Shown piece after piece: positions 49,042-60,873 of a stretch of DNA of 64,000 bases. The notes under the pieces were generated by a model, which saw only the letters and a program-made list of their open reading frames with translations, searched no databases and was not told the DNA's origin. Origin of the DNA: Octopus vulgaris (taxonomy: Eukaryota). The DNA lies in contig OX597831.1 of assembly GCA_951406725.2 (NCBI GenBank), positions 66,464,001-66,528,000 of the forward strand, in the 5' to 3' direction. The position numbers and the translations under genes were made by a program. Each line of letters opens with the position of its first letter. Position 1 is the stretch's first letter.

Positions 49042-52017
49042 TCACAGCATATCTCCAGAGATCTCGGTCCTTCGCCATTGCCTCAGTGAGGCCCAATGCT
49101 CTGAGGTCATGCTTGACCACCTCATCCCATGTCTTCCTGGGTCTACCTCTCCCCTGATACCTTCAACTGTTTGGGAGTGGCACTTCTTCACACATCTCTC
49201 TTCATCCATCCGCAGCACATGACCATACCATTGCAAGCGTCGCTCTTGCACACCACATCTGATGCTTCTTATATCCAGCATTTCTCTCAGGATACTTACA
49301 CTCTGTTTTGCGTGCACACTGACACTACACATCCAGCGGATCATACTAGCTTCATTTCTTTCAAGTCTACGCATGTCTTCTGCAGTCACAGCCCATGTTT
49401 CATTACCGTGAAGCATGGCAGTTCGCACACATGCATCATACAATCTACCTTTTGCTCTGAGGGAGAGACCTTTTGTTGCCAGTAGGGGTAGGAGCTTTCT
49501 GAACTTTGCCCAGGCTATTCGTATTCTAGTGGTGATACTCTCTGTGCATCCACCTCCGCTACTAACTTGGTCTCCCAGGTAGCGGAAACTATCAACTACT
49601 TCTAGTTTCTCTCCCTGGAGTGTGATGGAATCTGTTTTCTGAGTGTCTGTTGTGTCTATTGTCCCTGTGCATCTGCCGCACATGAAAGCTATCTTATCTG
49701 TTAATTTCCCTTTAATGTTGCTGCACCTCTTATGTGTCCATAACTTACATTGGGTGCATCTTATGGAGTTTCTACCTGTACCTTTCCTACAGGTTGAGCA
49801 GGGCCACCTACCCGAGGGGATGTGTGCTGAGTACCTCTTGCTGCTTACTAATACTTTGGTCTTTGCTACATTTATTCTAAGGCCCTTTGATTCCAACCCT
49901 TGCTTCCACACCCGAAATTTCTCTTCTAGTTCCGGTAGTGATTCTGCTATGAGAGCTAGGTCATCGGCATAGAGGAGCTCCCAGGGGCATCCCGTTTTGA
50001 ATTCCTCTGTTATTGCCTGAAGGACTATGATGAATAAAAGGGGACTGAGGGCTGAGCCCTGGTGCACACCTACTTCTACCCGGAATTCTTCACTATATTC
50101 GTTGCCAATCCTAACCTTGCTGACAGCCTCTCTGTATAGAGCCTGTACAGCCCTTATTAGCCATTCTTCAATCTCCAGTTTCCGCATCGACCACCAGATA
50201 AGGGAACGGGGAACCCTGTCAAAGGCTTTCTCCAAGTCTACAAAAGCTATGTAGAGGGGTTTATCTTTAGCTAGGTACTTCTCCTGCAGTTGTCGGACCA
50301 GGAATATAGCATCAGTGGTGCTTCTACCTGGTACAAAACCGAACTGCATTTCATCTAAACAAATTCTCTCCCTAATGAGATTGGTTATGACCTTCTCTGA
50401 GACCTTCATCACCTGGTCCAACAGTTTGATACCTCTGTAGTTATTTCTATCTAGAGCATCACCCTTACCCTTGTAGCAGTTGACTATGGTGCTGCTGCAC
50501 CAGTCATTGGGTATGGCTCCATTGTGAACTACCTGGTTTACAATGCGGGTGACTATGGCATGGCCCACATAGCCAGCTGTTTTAAGCATCTCAGCAGTGA
50601 TTCCTGATAGGCCAGGGGCTTTGCCTGGTTTCATATCCTTAATTGCCTTATCTACAAGGGAGCTGTCTATTCGGGTAGCTGGTCCCTCTACTGGGTCAAC
50701 ATTTGGCAGGCTCTCCTCCTCCCATTCATTCTCCTCATTCAGCAGTCTTTCATAATGGCTTCTCCAAGCCTCTTTCTTTTCACTAGTAGTAAAAGCAAGT
50801 GCCCCATCATCCATGCGGACACATTTCTCTCCTATAACATCGCTATTTTCTCTGACACACTGTCTGGCAATCCGAAATACTTCAGCTCTTTGATCCTCGC
50901 GACGCTGGACATTGGCAAACTTCTTCTTTTCTGCTACATCTTTGGCAATGTATACCTGCCGCCCAGCCTCCCTTTTGGCTATCTGGTACAGTTCCCTGCT
51001 GCCCCCATCCTTCCAGGCTTTCCAGGCCCGTCTCTTTTCACAGATGGCTTTATCTACTGCACTATTCCACCACCACGTAATTCTAGGTCTGGAAGGGACT
51101 TTGCACCATCCACAGACTTGGTCTGTGGCACTCAACAAGCTGTCCCGTAGGAATTCCCAGCTACCTTCTATGTCTGACGTCTGAAGCTCCTCTTCCCTCT
51201 CATCAAATTTCTTGATGAGTATGTCCCTAAATTTCTGACCATGCGAAGGGTTCTTTAGCCTCCAAATCCTTCTTTTCTGGATTGGTTTGTTTCTTGGAGT
51301 CCTTCTGGCCTCAAGCTTAAAGTCACTGATGATTAGTCTATGCTGAGGGATACATTCTTCACCCGGGAGGGTCTTTGTATTCAAGAGCAACCCTGCATCC
51401 CGTTGTCTGGTGAGGATGAAGTCTATTTGGCTAGCGGAGTCTCCTGACTGATAAGTTATAAGGTGGCAGACTGGCTTCTTGAAGTTAGTGTTGCAGATTG
51501 AAAGGTTACATGCATCACAGAATTCCAGCAGTCTAGTTCCCTCATCATTTCTGGTGCCAATACCATAGCCACCATGTACCCCAATGAAGATACCCGATTC
51601 CCGCCCAACATGCCCATTAAAATCTCCACCTACAAAGATGAGGTCCTTGTTACTAGTCTTTGAAGTAGCCTGCAGAAGGGTATCATAAAAGTTGTCCTTC
51701 TGATCATTTGGTAGTCCCGCTTGTGGGGCATAGGCTGAGATAATCATAGCTGTGCCACTCTGTAGGACCAACCTGAGCTTAAGCACTCTATCACAAACCC
51801 TGACAACCTCTATGACCTTATCCACCCATTCCTCCGCAAGGAGAATGCCTACACCCCCTACACCTTCCGCGTTACCTTGCCAGTAGAGTTTGTACCTAAG
51901 TGCCTTGCCCATGAGGACCCTAGCCGAAGCATCTCTCCATCTTACCTCTTGTATGCAGCATACATCAACCTGTCTTCTCTCTAGCATCTCTACAATCTCA
52001 CTAGACTTGCCTGTCAA
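49042..52017 (-). CDS. RTE ORF: AP endonuclease + reverse transcriptase + C4HC3 finger (991 aa open, apparent 1-bp frameshift near each end)
   Basis: CIQEVRW, GDFNGHVG, SQIDFIL, QHRL (APE); NYRGIKLL, QFGF, DLEKAFD, QGSALSP, YADD, YLG (RT). Confidence 0.95.
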   Translation of the reverse strand: MTGKSSEIVEMLERRQVDVCCIQEVRWRDASARVLMGKALRYKLYWQGNAEGVGGVGILLAEEWVDKVIEVVRVCDRVLKLRLVLQSGTAMIISAYAPQAGLPNDQKDNFYDTLLQATSKTSNKDLIFVGGDFNGHVGRESGIFIGVHGGYGIGTRNDEGTRLLEFCDACNLSICNTNFKKPVCHLITYQSGDSASQIDFILTRQRDAGLLLNTKTLPGEECIPQHRLIISDFKLEARRTPRNKPIQKRRIWRLKNPSHGQKFRDILIKKFDEREEELQTSDIEGSWEFLRDSLLSATDQVCGWCKVPSRPRITWWWNSAVDKAICEKRRAWKAWKDGGSRELYQIAKREAGRQVYIAKDVAEKKKFANVQRREDQRAEVFRIARQCVRENSDVIGEKCVRMDDGALAFTTSEKKEAWRSHYERLLNEENEWEEESLPNVDPVEGPATRIDSSLVDKAIKDMKPGKAPGLSGITAEMLKTAGYVGHAIVTRIVNQVVHNGAIPNDWCSSTIVNCYKGKGDALDRNNYRGIKLLDQVMKVSEKVITNLIRERICLDEMQFGFVPGRSTTDAIFLVRQLQEKYLAKDKPLYIAFVDLEKAFDRVPRSLIWWSMRKLEIEEWLIRAVQALYREAVSKVRIGNEYSEEFRVEVGVHQGSALSPLLFIIVLQAITEEFKTGCPWELLYADDLALIAESLPELEEKFRVWKQGLESKGLRINVAKTKVLVSSKRYSAHIPSGRWPCSTCRKGTGRNSIRCTQCKLWTHKRCSNIKGKLTDKIAFMCGRCTGTIDTTDTQKTDSITLQGEKLEVVDSFRYLGDQVSSGGGCTESITTRIRIAWAKFRKLLPLLATKGLSLRAKGRLYDACVRTAMLHGNETWAVTAEDMRRLERNEASMIRWMCSVSVHAKQSVSILREMLDIRSIRCGVQERRLQWYGHVLRMDEERCVKKCHSQTVEGIRGEVDPGRHGMRWSSMTSEHWASLRQWRRTEISGDML

Positions 52018-52593
52018 TGTACCAACATTGATAGTGCCAACTCTGAAAACTGGGAAGGAGATGTGGGGGGGACGGGGGGATTCGGCGCCTGAGAAGAGGA
52101 GGGTTGTTGTGGTGGTGATAGTTTTCGTGGTATTTTTCTTTTGATCTCTCTTCCAACCTGACCACGCCGTGGGCAGGAGCTGGTGTTAGCAGTGGACATT
52201 CGTTATCGTCACTGAGTAACGTAATTAGGTAGAGGAAAGAAATACAGATATTCTAGAGTTGAGTTGGGGAGGGGGGTCCAGTTGAGGCGGGTAATATAGG
52301 CGAGCAACCAGTGGGGAAGGTTGGGGTAAGGAGGAACGATGGCAGGAAGGGTTGGTGTAGGTTCGTAAGAAATAAAAAACGTAGGATATTATGAGGCGGG
52401 AGGGTACTAAAAGGGGATGGTCGGATTGAGGCAGTGTCAGGAGGAAGCGTAAGATCGGTGGGCAGTTGATGAGCTATGGCGCTAGCAGCTTGTCTTTTCA
52501 CAGTGAAAGCATATGAGGAGAAGGGGTAGTGGGGGGAGGAGGAGGGAGTAGGGCGTATCCGGTGTAGATGAGTAGGGCGTATCCGGTGTAGAT

Positions 52594-52766
52594 GGTGAGA
52601 ACAGGGTATACTGGTATTGGTGGTGGGGGTGAGAACAGTGTTCACCGGTATTGGTGGTGGCGGTGAGAACAGTGTTCACCGGTATTGGTGGTGGGGGTGA
52701 GAACAGTGTTCACCGGTATTGGTGGTGGGGGTGAGAACAGTGTTCATCGGTATTGGTGGTGGGGGT
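52594..52766. repeat. ~5 x 34-bp tandem repeat in the RTE 5' UTR
   Basis: GGTGAGAACAGTGTTCACCGGTATTGGTGGTGGG repeated; a further ~67-bp duplication lies at 52818-52954. Confidence 0.9.
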
Positions 52767-53076
52767 GGGGGGACGGGCGCACCGCCAATGGCGGAAAGAT
52801 GGGAAAAGATGGGATTACGGCTTGAGGTAGCCTAAGGTTAAATTTCGTAGAGAGAGAGATAGGAAAGATAAATCAAGTTATGGCGAAGGCTTGAAAGTAG
52901 CCTAAAAGGTTAAATTTTCGTAGTGAGTGAGATGGGTAAGACGAATCAAGTTATCAATGTATGAATAAACGTAGTAACAATGAATAAAAATAGTAAGATA
53001 AATTTTTAAGAACTTGCTGCGGGCATCGACCGGGAGTTGAAATTGAAGAAGAAAGTAAGTTGAATTGGGAATTTAA

Positions 53077-53120
<44 letters not shown>

Positions 53121-54197
53121 CTGTGTTTGTCCCCCCAACATCGCTTGACAACCGATGCTGGTGTGTTTACGTCCCCATCACTTAGCGGTTCAGCAAAATA
53201 AGTACTGGGCTTACAAAGAATAAGTCCCGGGGTCGATTTGCTTGACTAAAGGCAGTGCTCCAGCATGGCCGCAGTCAAATGACTGAAACAAGTAAAAGAG
53301 TAAAAGAGACCTTCTCACGATCATATGCTTGCTGTAGGGGTACAAGCATTAGGGACAAGTATGAAGGAAACAGAACAACACATGGAATATAGACAAGAAT
53401 ATGAAATGTAATGAAGACAGTTGAGCAAAAGCACCACAAATGTAATAGAGAACATCTTGATTGAAATATAAAATGAAGTATAACAAAAGTTGAGGCCAAC
53501 AGGTAAAATCATTCTTTTACTAGTGGGACCCATGAATATTTCATGGAATTAATGGTAAACCTATTGAGTTATTTCTGAAAACTTTATCCAAAAAACCTGA
53601 AAGTGTAGCCTATGTTGTGTCTGTATAGAAAGATAGTTGCTCATCTGCTACTCGAAGGAGAGGGGGCTGTCTCCGTCCGGGTTGCAGATCCGTGGAATAA
53701 GCTGCCGGATGAAATAGTGAAGATGTCGACGACCGCTCAGTTCAAAGTCTCTCTTGACCAGAAATGGCCTGAACTCTTTGCATGAACATCCTCCCTGTAC
53801 ATAACTCCATGTCCCCCTACATGGCCTTGCTTTTGCTTTTTGAGCCAAAAAATTAACTTAACTTAACTAACTTACTCACTGAAAAGTGAAAGAAATTGGA
53901 ATACAATGATTATTTAATGCACTTTGTATCTTTTATGCACAGTTTTATAGACTTAATACACAGCACTCAGAAAATAAATATTTACTTTTATTTTTCCATT
54001 TTCCCCATAAACAATAAAAAAAAAATATCCTGTACATGACACATTTAGTTAAACTGCATATATCTACCACATAAATAAGTGTGAATATTTCACAGAATTG
54101 CACTTATGCGCATACGTTAAGTGATAGGTAATTTTTAAAAATGAGTTGTTTTTAAAAAAATACACTTTTCACTCTCCTCTTCCTACAACAACAGCAA

Positions 54198-54229
<32 letters not shown>

Positions 54230-55378
54230 ACAACAACAACAACCACCACCACCACCACTCTCTCTCTCTCTCTCTCTCTCCTTCTCTCTGCCTGCCTTTA
54301 ACCTCACTATCAGAACATCACCCCTCTGCTAAAATTATATTTTTAACTCTCCTCCTCTACCCTCAACTAACTTTTTTAACCACTTAATAAATATTACACT
54401 CCCTCTACCTCACATCATGGACACTTCTCTCTTCCTCTGTCTCACTCTTTGCTTTATCCTCTTTTTCTTTCCCCTTTTTCTTTCTCCTCTCTTTCCCTTC
54501 AACTAATCACATGAAAGTGTTACAATTACATTCCCTCAACCTCACATCATGGATGCTTCTCTCTCTCTTTTTCTCTAATCATGCGAAAGCATTACCGATG
54601 GGCTAAGTAATGCAATGACATTCAGAATTATTATAAGACTGTTAAAAATGTTTTAAAACTACTCATCTCTGTCACCATGGAACAACAGACCTTAAAAACA
54701 CATTAACAACTAAACCTAAGGAACAAGTAAACTTTTTACAAATACTACCAAATTTGACATGTTTATCAATTTGGCCTACACAACTGCTTACTTTACATCA
54801 AAGTTGTAATAAGCTAGAAAACAGACAGGACTCTCTTCTTGTCAGGTAAATGACCCTGCATGAGATATATATATATATATGTGTGTGTGTGTGTAAGAAA
54901 GGTTTAGGCCAGAATTCCGTACAGTGTACACAGGAAGTGCAGTGGAATCACAGGAAGATTAACAGAGACAGGAAATCTTTGTATATGGAAGATGTGTAGG
55001 AACAATAAACATTAACGATACATGGGAAATAGATTTTCTTAAATACACATCTACACATACATATACACACATGTGATGACAAACAAGCATGAATGTATGT
55101 CTGTATGGAAACTTCACACGTCCCCAGTTCACGAGAAAAGTACACAGTACATATTCTGTAAAGTGGTTGATGTTAGGAAAGGCACCCAGCTGTAGAAAAC
55201 ATACCAAACCTGACATTGGGGCCTGATGCAGTTTTGATGCTCATCAGATCCTGTCAAACCATCCAACTCATGCCAGCATGTTAGATGATAATGAAGATAA
55301 TAATGATGTTTTAGGTAAAAATTTTCAACAAAAAAAAGGTTGGGACAAAATAAAAAATAAAATCATAAAAACTTTTAC

Positions 55379-55429
55379 CTCTTTTGGATGTTTTTCCAGT
55401 TTTTCTAATTTTTTCTTTTCTCTTTGTCT
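55379..55429 (-). CDS. TTC31: TTC31-like exon (RQREKKKLEKLEKHPKE)
   Basis: ttttag acceptor, GTAAAA donor; 51 nt, phase 0-0; continues the coiled coil. Confidence 0.85.
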
Positions 55430-55989
55430 CTAAAACAGAAAAACATGGAAGTATATACTGTTGTTTTCTTTTGTTTTTGTTTCTCTGTCAATTTACAATC
55501 AATTTACAATTCAATTTACAATCCTCTCTTTTTCTCTCTGATATTATAGACTATGGATAATGGAGGTGTCATTTATGATAGGCAAAATTTCAACTTCTGT
55601 CGGTAACCTTTATAGAGGGACAACTAGGCATGGGATTTTAACCGAATCTCCTTTTCAGTCCCACCCATTCCTCGCCACCACTTTTGTGAAAGAGAGTCGA
55701 GCACATACGCACAAATTACTACTTGTTTATGTTTATATTTTCACACCTTTGAACATATGCATAGAACTATGGACATATATTTGAGCACATAATTATATGT
55801 ATGTTTATTTTATATGATCTATGTGCATACCTGTGAAGGCTTTACAGGACTGAAGAGAATTGAAACTGCAATCATAATTCATGCTGCAGCTTCTACCTGT
55901 ATCTCCTTACACTAATCACAAGGACCCACTGCCTCAAGGTAAGCAACCCCAAAGATGTTTTCCTTTCCAGAGGATGAAAACCTCCCCAA

Positions 55990-57000
55990 AAGCTCATTCC
56001 CGCCTTCACAGGTCTACAAGCTCAGGGTTGCCACAATCAACATTGGAACAATGCAAGGTAGGTCTGGAGAGATTGTTGAAATGCTTGAACAGAGGTGTGT
56101 AGATGTGTGCTGTGTAGGAGAGGCATGATGGAGGTGGGCCTCAGCTAGACCTTGGGTAAGATACATAAATACAAGTTTACCTAAGTGGGTAGCAATGATG
56201 GTCTAGGTGGCGTAGGTATTTTTCTGGCAGAGAAATGGGTGGATAAGGTGAATGAAGTAGTCAGAGTATGTCATTGGGTTATTACGTTAAGAATAGCCTT
56301 GTTTAATGTAACAGTGTCATTTATCTCTGCATATGCTCCACATGTCAGACTCGCAGATATTCAGAAGGACCGTTTCTTTGAATCCCTACTGTGGGCTACC
56401 TCAATGATGTAAGACAATGACATTCTCATCATGCCAGAGACTTTAATGGCCATGTTAGAAAAGACACCAATGGATTACAGAGTGCGCATGAAGGCTACAG
56501 CTTTGGGCCTAGAAATGAGGAAGGAACAAGGCTACTGGAGTTTTGTGATACACATGGATTACTGGTCTGCAACACCAACTTCAGGAAACCTGCCAGTCAT
56601 CTGATCACTTATCAGTCTGGTGGGTACACCAGCCAAATAACTACATCCTCACCAGAAACAGGGAAAATGCTCGTGAATGCAAAATCTTCTCCCAGGTGAA
56701 GAATGTACAACTCATCATAGGTTAGCAACTTCAGACTTAGGGCTAGAAGGATCCAGAATTACAAACCAGGATGGGAAAAGAGGCTAAGGAAGCTCAAGAA
56801 TCTTTTCAAATAGGCAAAGTTTTAGAGATGTTCTTAATGAAGCCTTTGTTGAGAAGGAGGAAGAAATAGAAACATATGACATGGAGTCATATGTACAACT
56901 GGAAGTTCTTAGAAGGAAATCTACAGACCAAGGGTGACATTGTGGTGTAACTGTGAGGATGAGAGGGATATAAAAAAGAAGAGATGGATCTGGAAAGAAC
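55990..57000 (+). mobile_element. Decayed RTE endonuclease region
   Basis: GLGGVGIFLAEKWVDKVNEVVRVC..ISAYAP; multiple stops and frameshifts. Confidence 0.85.
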
Positions 57001-57114
57001 ATATCAGAGGTGGTTTCACATACTAGTGTAGCTCATTCAATGGTGGTGTCCCAGCATGGCCACAGCCTTCGGGCTGAAACATTTTTAAGGATTTAAGGAT
57101 ATACATATATATAC

Positions 57115-57164
<50 letters not shown>

Positions 57165-57429
57165 TACTCTTTTACTCTATTGCTTGCTTCAGTCATTTGA
57201 ATGTGGCCATGCTGGAGCACCGCCTTTTGAAGAAATCAATCCCTGGACTTATTCTTTGTAAGCCTGGTGCTTATTCTATCAATTTCTTCTACCAAAACCA
57301 GTAAGTTATGGGGATGTAAACACACCAACATCGGTTTCTAAGCAATGGTGGGGAAAACCAAATAGACACAAATACACACACATATATATATAGTACATAC
57401 TTCATTCAGTTTCCATCCAAATCCACTGA

Positions 57430-57805
57430 CATATACACACACACGTATATATATATATATACATCTATATATACACACACATATATACATATGCATATAT
57501 ACACACATACATATTTACATATATATACATACATATACATATGCATATATACATACATATTTACATATATATACATACATATACATATGCATATATACAT
57601 ACATACATATTTACATATATATACATACATATACATATGCATATATACATATTTACATATATATACATATACATATGCATATATACATACATACATATTT
57701 ACATATATATACATACATATACATATGCATATATACATACATACATACATATACATATATACATACATACATACATACATATACATATACATATGCATAT
57801 ATACA

Positions 57806-57852
<47 letters not shown>
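57430..57852. repeat. Compound TA/TACA satellite with ~50-bp higher-order unit
   Basis: ATATACATATGCATATATACATACATACATATTTACAT recurs. Confidence 0.9.
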
Positions 57853-57857
<5 letters not shown>

Positions 57858-58041
57858 TAGTGAAGGGAAGAAATGGAGCCGAACGAAGATTCTACAAAAT
57901 TCCTTTTTATTATTTTCTACACATGTTTCAAAGGCTGCAAATTCCCAAATTCGGATTGAATAAGGAGACATGTGTAGAAAATAATAAAAAGGAATTTTGT
58001 AGAATCTTCGTTCGGCTCCATTTCTTCCCTTCACTAAATAT
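57853..58041. repeat. Perfect 74-bp inverted repeat with 41-bp spacer, between TA tracts
   Basis: Arms 57853-57926 and 57968-58041. Confidence 0.95.
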
Positions 58042-58192
58042 GTAAAACTTCAATTATCCGCGCTAAAGCACGGGGGCGAAACCCCATGGTCGTAACCTCA
58101 ACCATGTCTTTTCTGGTGTGATTTTTGCTACACATGTATCTGTTAAATTTTGAATAATCCGTAACAAGATAATTCATTTATCCATTTCATTA

Positions 58193-58239
<47 letters not shown>

Positions 58240-58352
58240 CAAATGAAACACAGAAGATAGAATATACGAGAATATATTTTTTATCACAATTGTATATATG
58301 TATATATGTGTGTGTGTGTATGTATATACACACATATATACATACACACACA

Positions 58353-58384
<32 letters not shown>

Positions 58385-60461
58385 CACACAAATATATAAA
58401 TATATATATATATAGATAGATATATACAAATGTACAGAAATAGAAATGAAAGTTATATATATAGATACATAATGAAAGTAATTGAAACTGAAACCATATA
58501 AAGTATTAATAGAGATGTTATTATTTCACTTTTGGAACGTAATACAGGAACAGTGTAAGAGGTAAGAGATTACTCTGGGCTCACATTAGGCAAGAAGTTG
58601 AAAATTTTTTAGGCTCATGACACTGCATGGCACCTAAGTAGGGCATGTGTAAAATTTGAATGAAATCTGTTGGGTAGTTCTTAAGGTTTAGTGATGCACA
58701 CAGAAAGACAGACAGACACACATTCTCAGCTTTATTTATATATCGATAACCATAAATAAAGATGACTTCTTACATAGGCACAAAGTTACAATCAGTGAGG
58801 TGAAGGTTCAGCTAATTAAATCAACCTCAGTAGTAAAATGGCATTTATTTTAATTATTGTGGAAGGATAAAAAGCTAAGTTGGCCTTGGTTGCATTTCAA
58901 TTCAGAGTGTAAAAAGACAATTATTGCAGTTGGCATTTTGTCCAACTGAAATGATTGTATCCTTCATGCTCTTAAACAGGCTACAGAGTCTCGGGTACAG
59001 ATAGAGACAATTATTTCCTGTACTTTTTTTTTTTTTTTTTTTTTACTTGTTTCAGTCATTTAACTGCAGCCATGCTGGAGCACCACCTTTAATCGAGCAA
59101 CTCGATCCCGGGACTTATCCTTTTGTAAGCCCAGTACTTATTCTATCGGTCTCCTTTGCCGAACCGCTAAGTGACGGAGACGTAAACTCACCAGCATCGG
59201 TTGTCAAGCGATGTTGGGGGAACAAACACAGACACACAAACATACATGCACATATACATATATATATACGACGGGCTTCTTTCAGTTTCCGTCTACCAAA
59301 TCCACTCACAAGGCTTTGGTCGGCCCGAGGCTATAGTAAAAGACACTTGCCCAAGGTCCCACGCAGTGGGACTGAACCCGGAACCATGTGGTTGGTAAAC
59401 AAGCTACTTACCACACAGCCACTCCTGCGCCTATATACTTGGCTGGTATTTATTTTATTATCCCTGAAAGAATGAAAAGTAGACAATAAGTGTATAAAAT
59501 ACCCTGTATTACAGTGTATTTAGCCTCACTGTCTGCTACACCACATCTCTCACCGATAATCATAATATCTGGATAAGGCCATCTTTGATAAAACATGCCT
59601 TAAATAAGACAAGAAGGTTATTACTGGAATAACTCTGATCGTAGGTTTGACATAAAGCTACACAACATAATGCTCATAACTATTTGAAATAAATTGTGTC
59701 AAGTTGAATGTAAGAATACAATAATAGTATTAAGTAATTCCTATACCACTATACTACGCACACGCATAGTTATAAAATTATACAAAAACATCTTTGTTGA
59801 TTGTTTAAAATTTTCGTTACGTTACATGTATCTGTACTTTATCTTTCTCTCTATTACTCTTTACTCTTTTACTTGTTTCAGTCACATGACTGTGGCCATG
59901 CTGGAGCACCACCTTTAGTCGAGCAAATCGACCCCAGGACTTATTCTTTGTAAGCCTAGTACTTATTCTATCGGTCTCTTTTGCTGAACCGCTAAGTTAC
60001 AGGGACATAAACACACCAGCATCGGTTGTCAAGCGATGTTGGGGGGACAAACACAGACACACAAACATACACACACACATACATATATATGACGGGCTTC
60101 TTTCAGTTTCCGCCTACCAAATCCACTCACAAGGCTTTGGTCGGCCCAAGGCTATAGTAGAAGACACTTGCCCAAGGTGCCACGTAGAGGGACTGAACTT
60201 GGAACCATGTGGTTCGTAAGCAAGCTACTTACCACACAGCCACTCCTACGCCTATTCTAGACAATTCTTTCTGAATAAAGCTATTTCCTAGTTATTCACT
60301 TAATATTTTATTCAGCAACAGAAAGAAAACAAAAATCAGAAAATTTCTCAACCCTGAAAAATTCAATGCCAACCCAGCTTCTTTTGCTATCAGCAAAAGA
60401 CTGGTAGCACTGATACTACATGTTCAAGACATTTCTCAGGTTGTTGAACCTTATTCACCTG

Positions 60462-60873
60462 GGATCTTTTCGGTTTGAACGGCAGTTTTTTCTAGCGGTG
60501 TCATATGAAATTGTCACCCATAATTATGATCCTAGTATCGATCTATTGCATTTCAATCTATTTTAGGATTAGGGTTGGTTAGGGCATCTTTTTTCTTCAC
60601 AATTGTAAATAAACCCAATCTGTTTCTTAAATGAGTGACATATTCATACGGCACAGAATGTTTTTTTTTTTTACCTCAATGGATGTCACTGATTGGTTGA
60701 AATTGCAGAAATTGAAGAAAAATACAACAAATATCTTACAAACTATAGAATTTTCTCAATAAAGCCAAGAGAAAAAGATGTTTTATAAACACATTCTACC
60801 AGTATACAAAGTTAAAAATTTTTTAGTTACCTAGAAATTATGTTAAAATCTGCCGTTCAAACCGAAAAGACCC
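60462..60873 (+). mobile_element. 8-bp-TSD MITE
   Basis: Perfect TSD TTCACCTG. Confidence 0.92.

Larger units (their letters stand above)
48649..53074 (-). mobile_element. Full-length ~4.4-kb RTE-clade LINE inserted into the (TA)n of a family A SINE
   Basis: The SINE head (about 48490-48648) and tail (about 53075-53310) are continuous across the insert; (GAT)n tail; single APE-RT ORF. Confidence 0.93.

Noticed and set aside
57406-58429. Long Y/I/H/M/C-rich ORFs, also at 25146-25514 and 26365-26700
   Set aside because: Translations of microsatellites.
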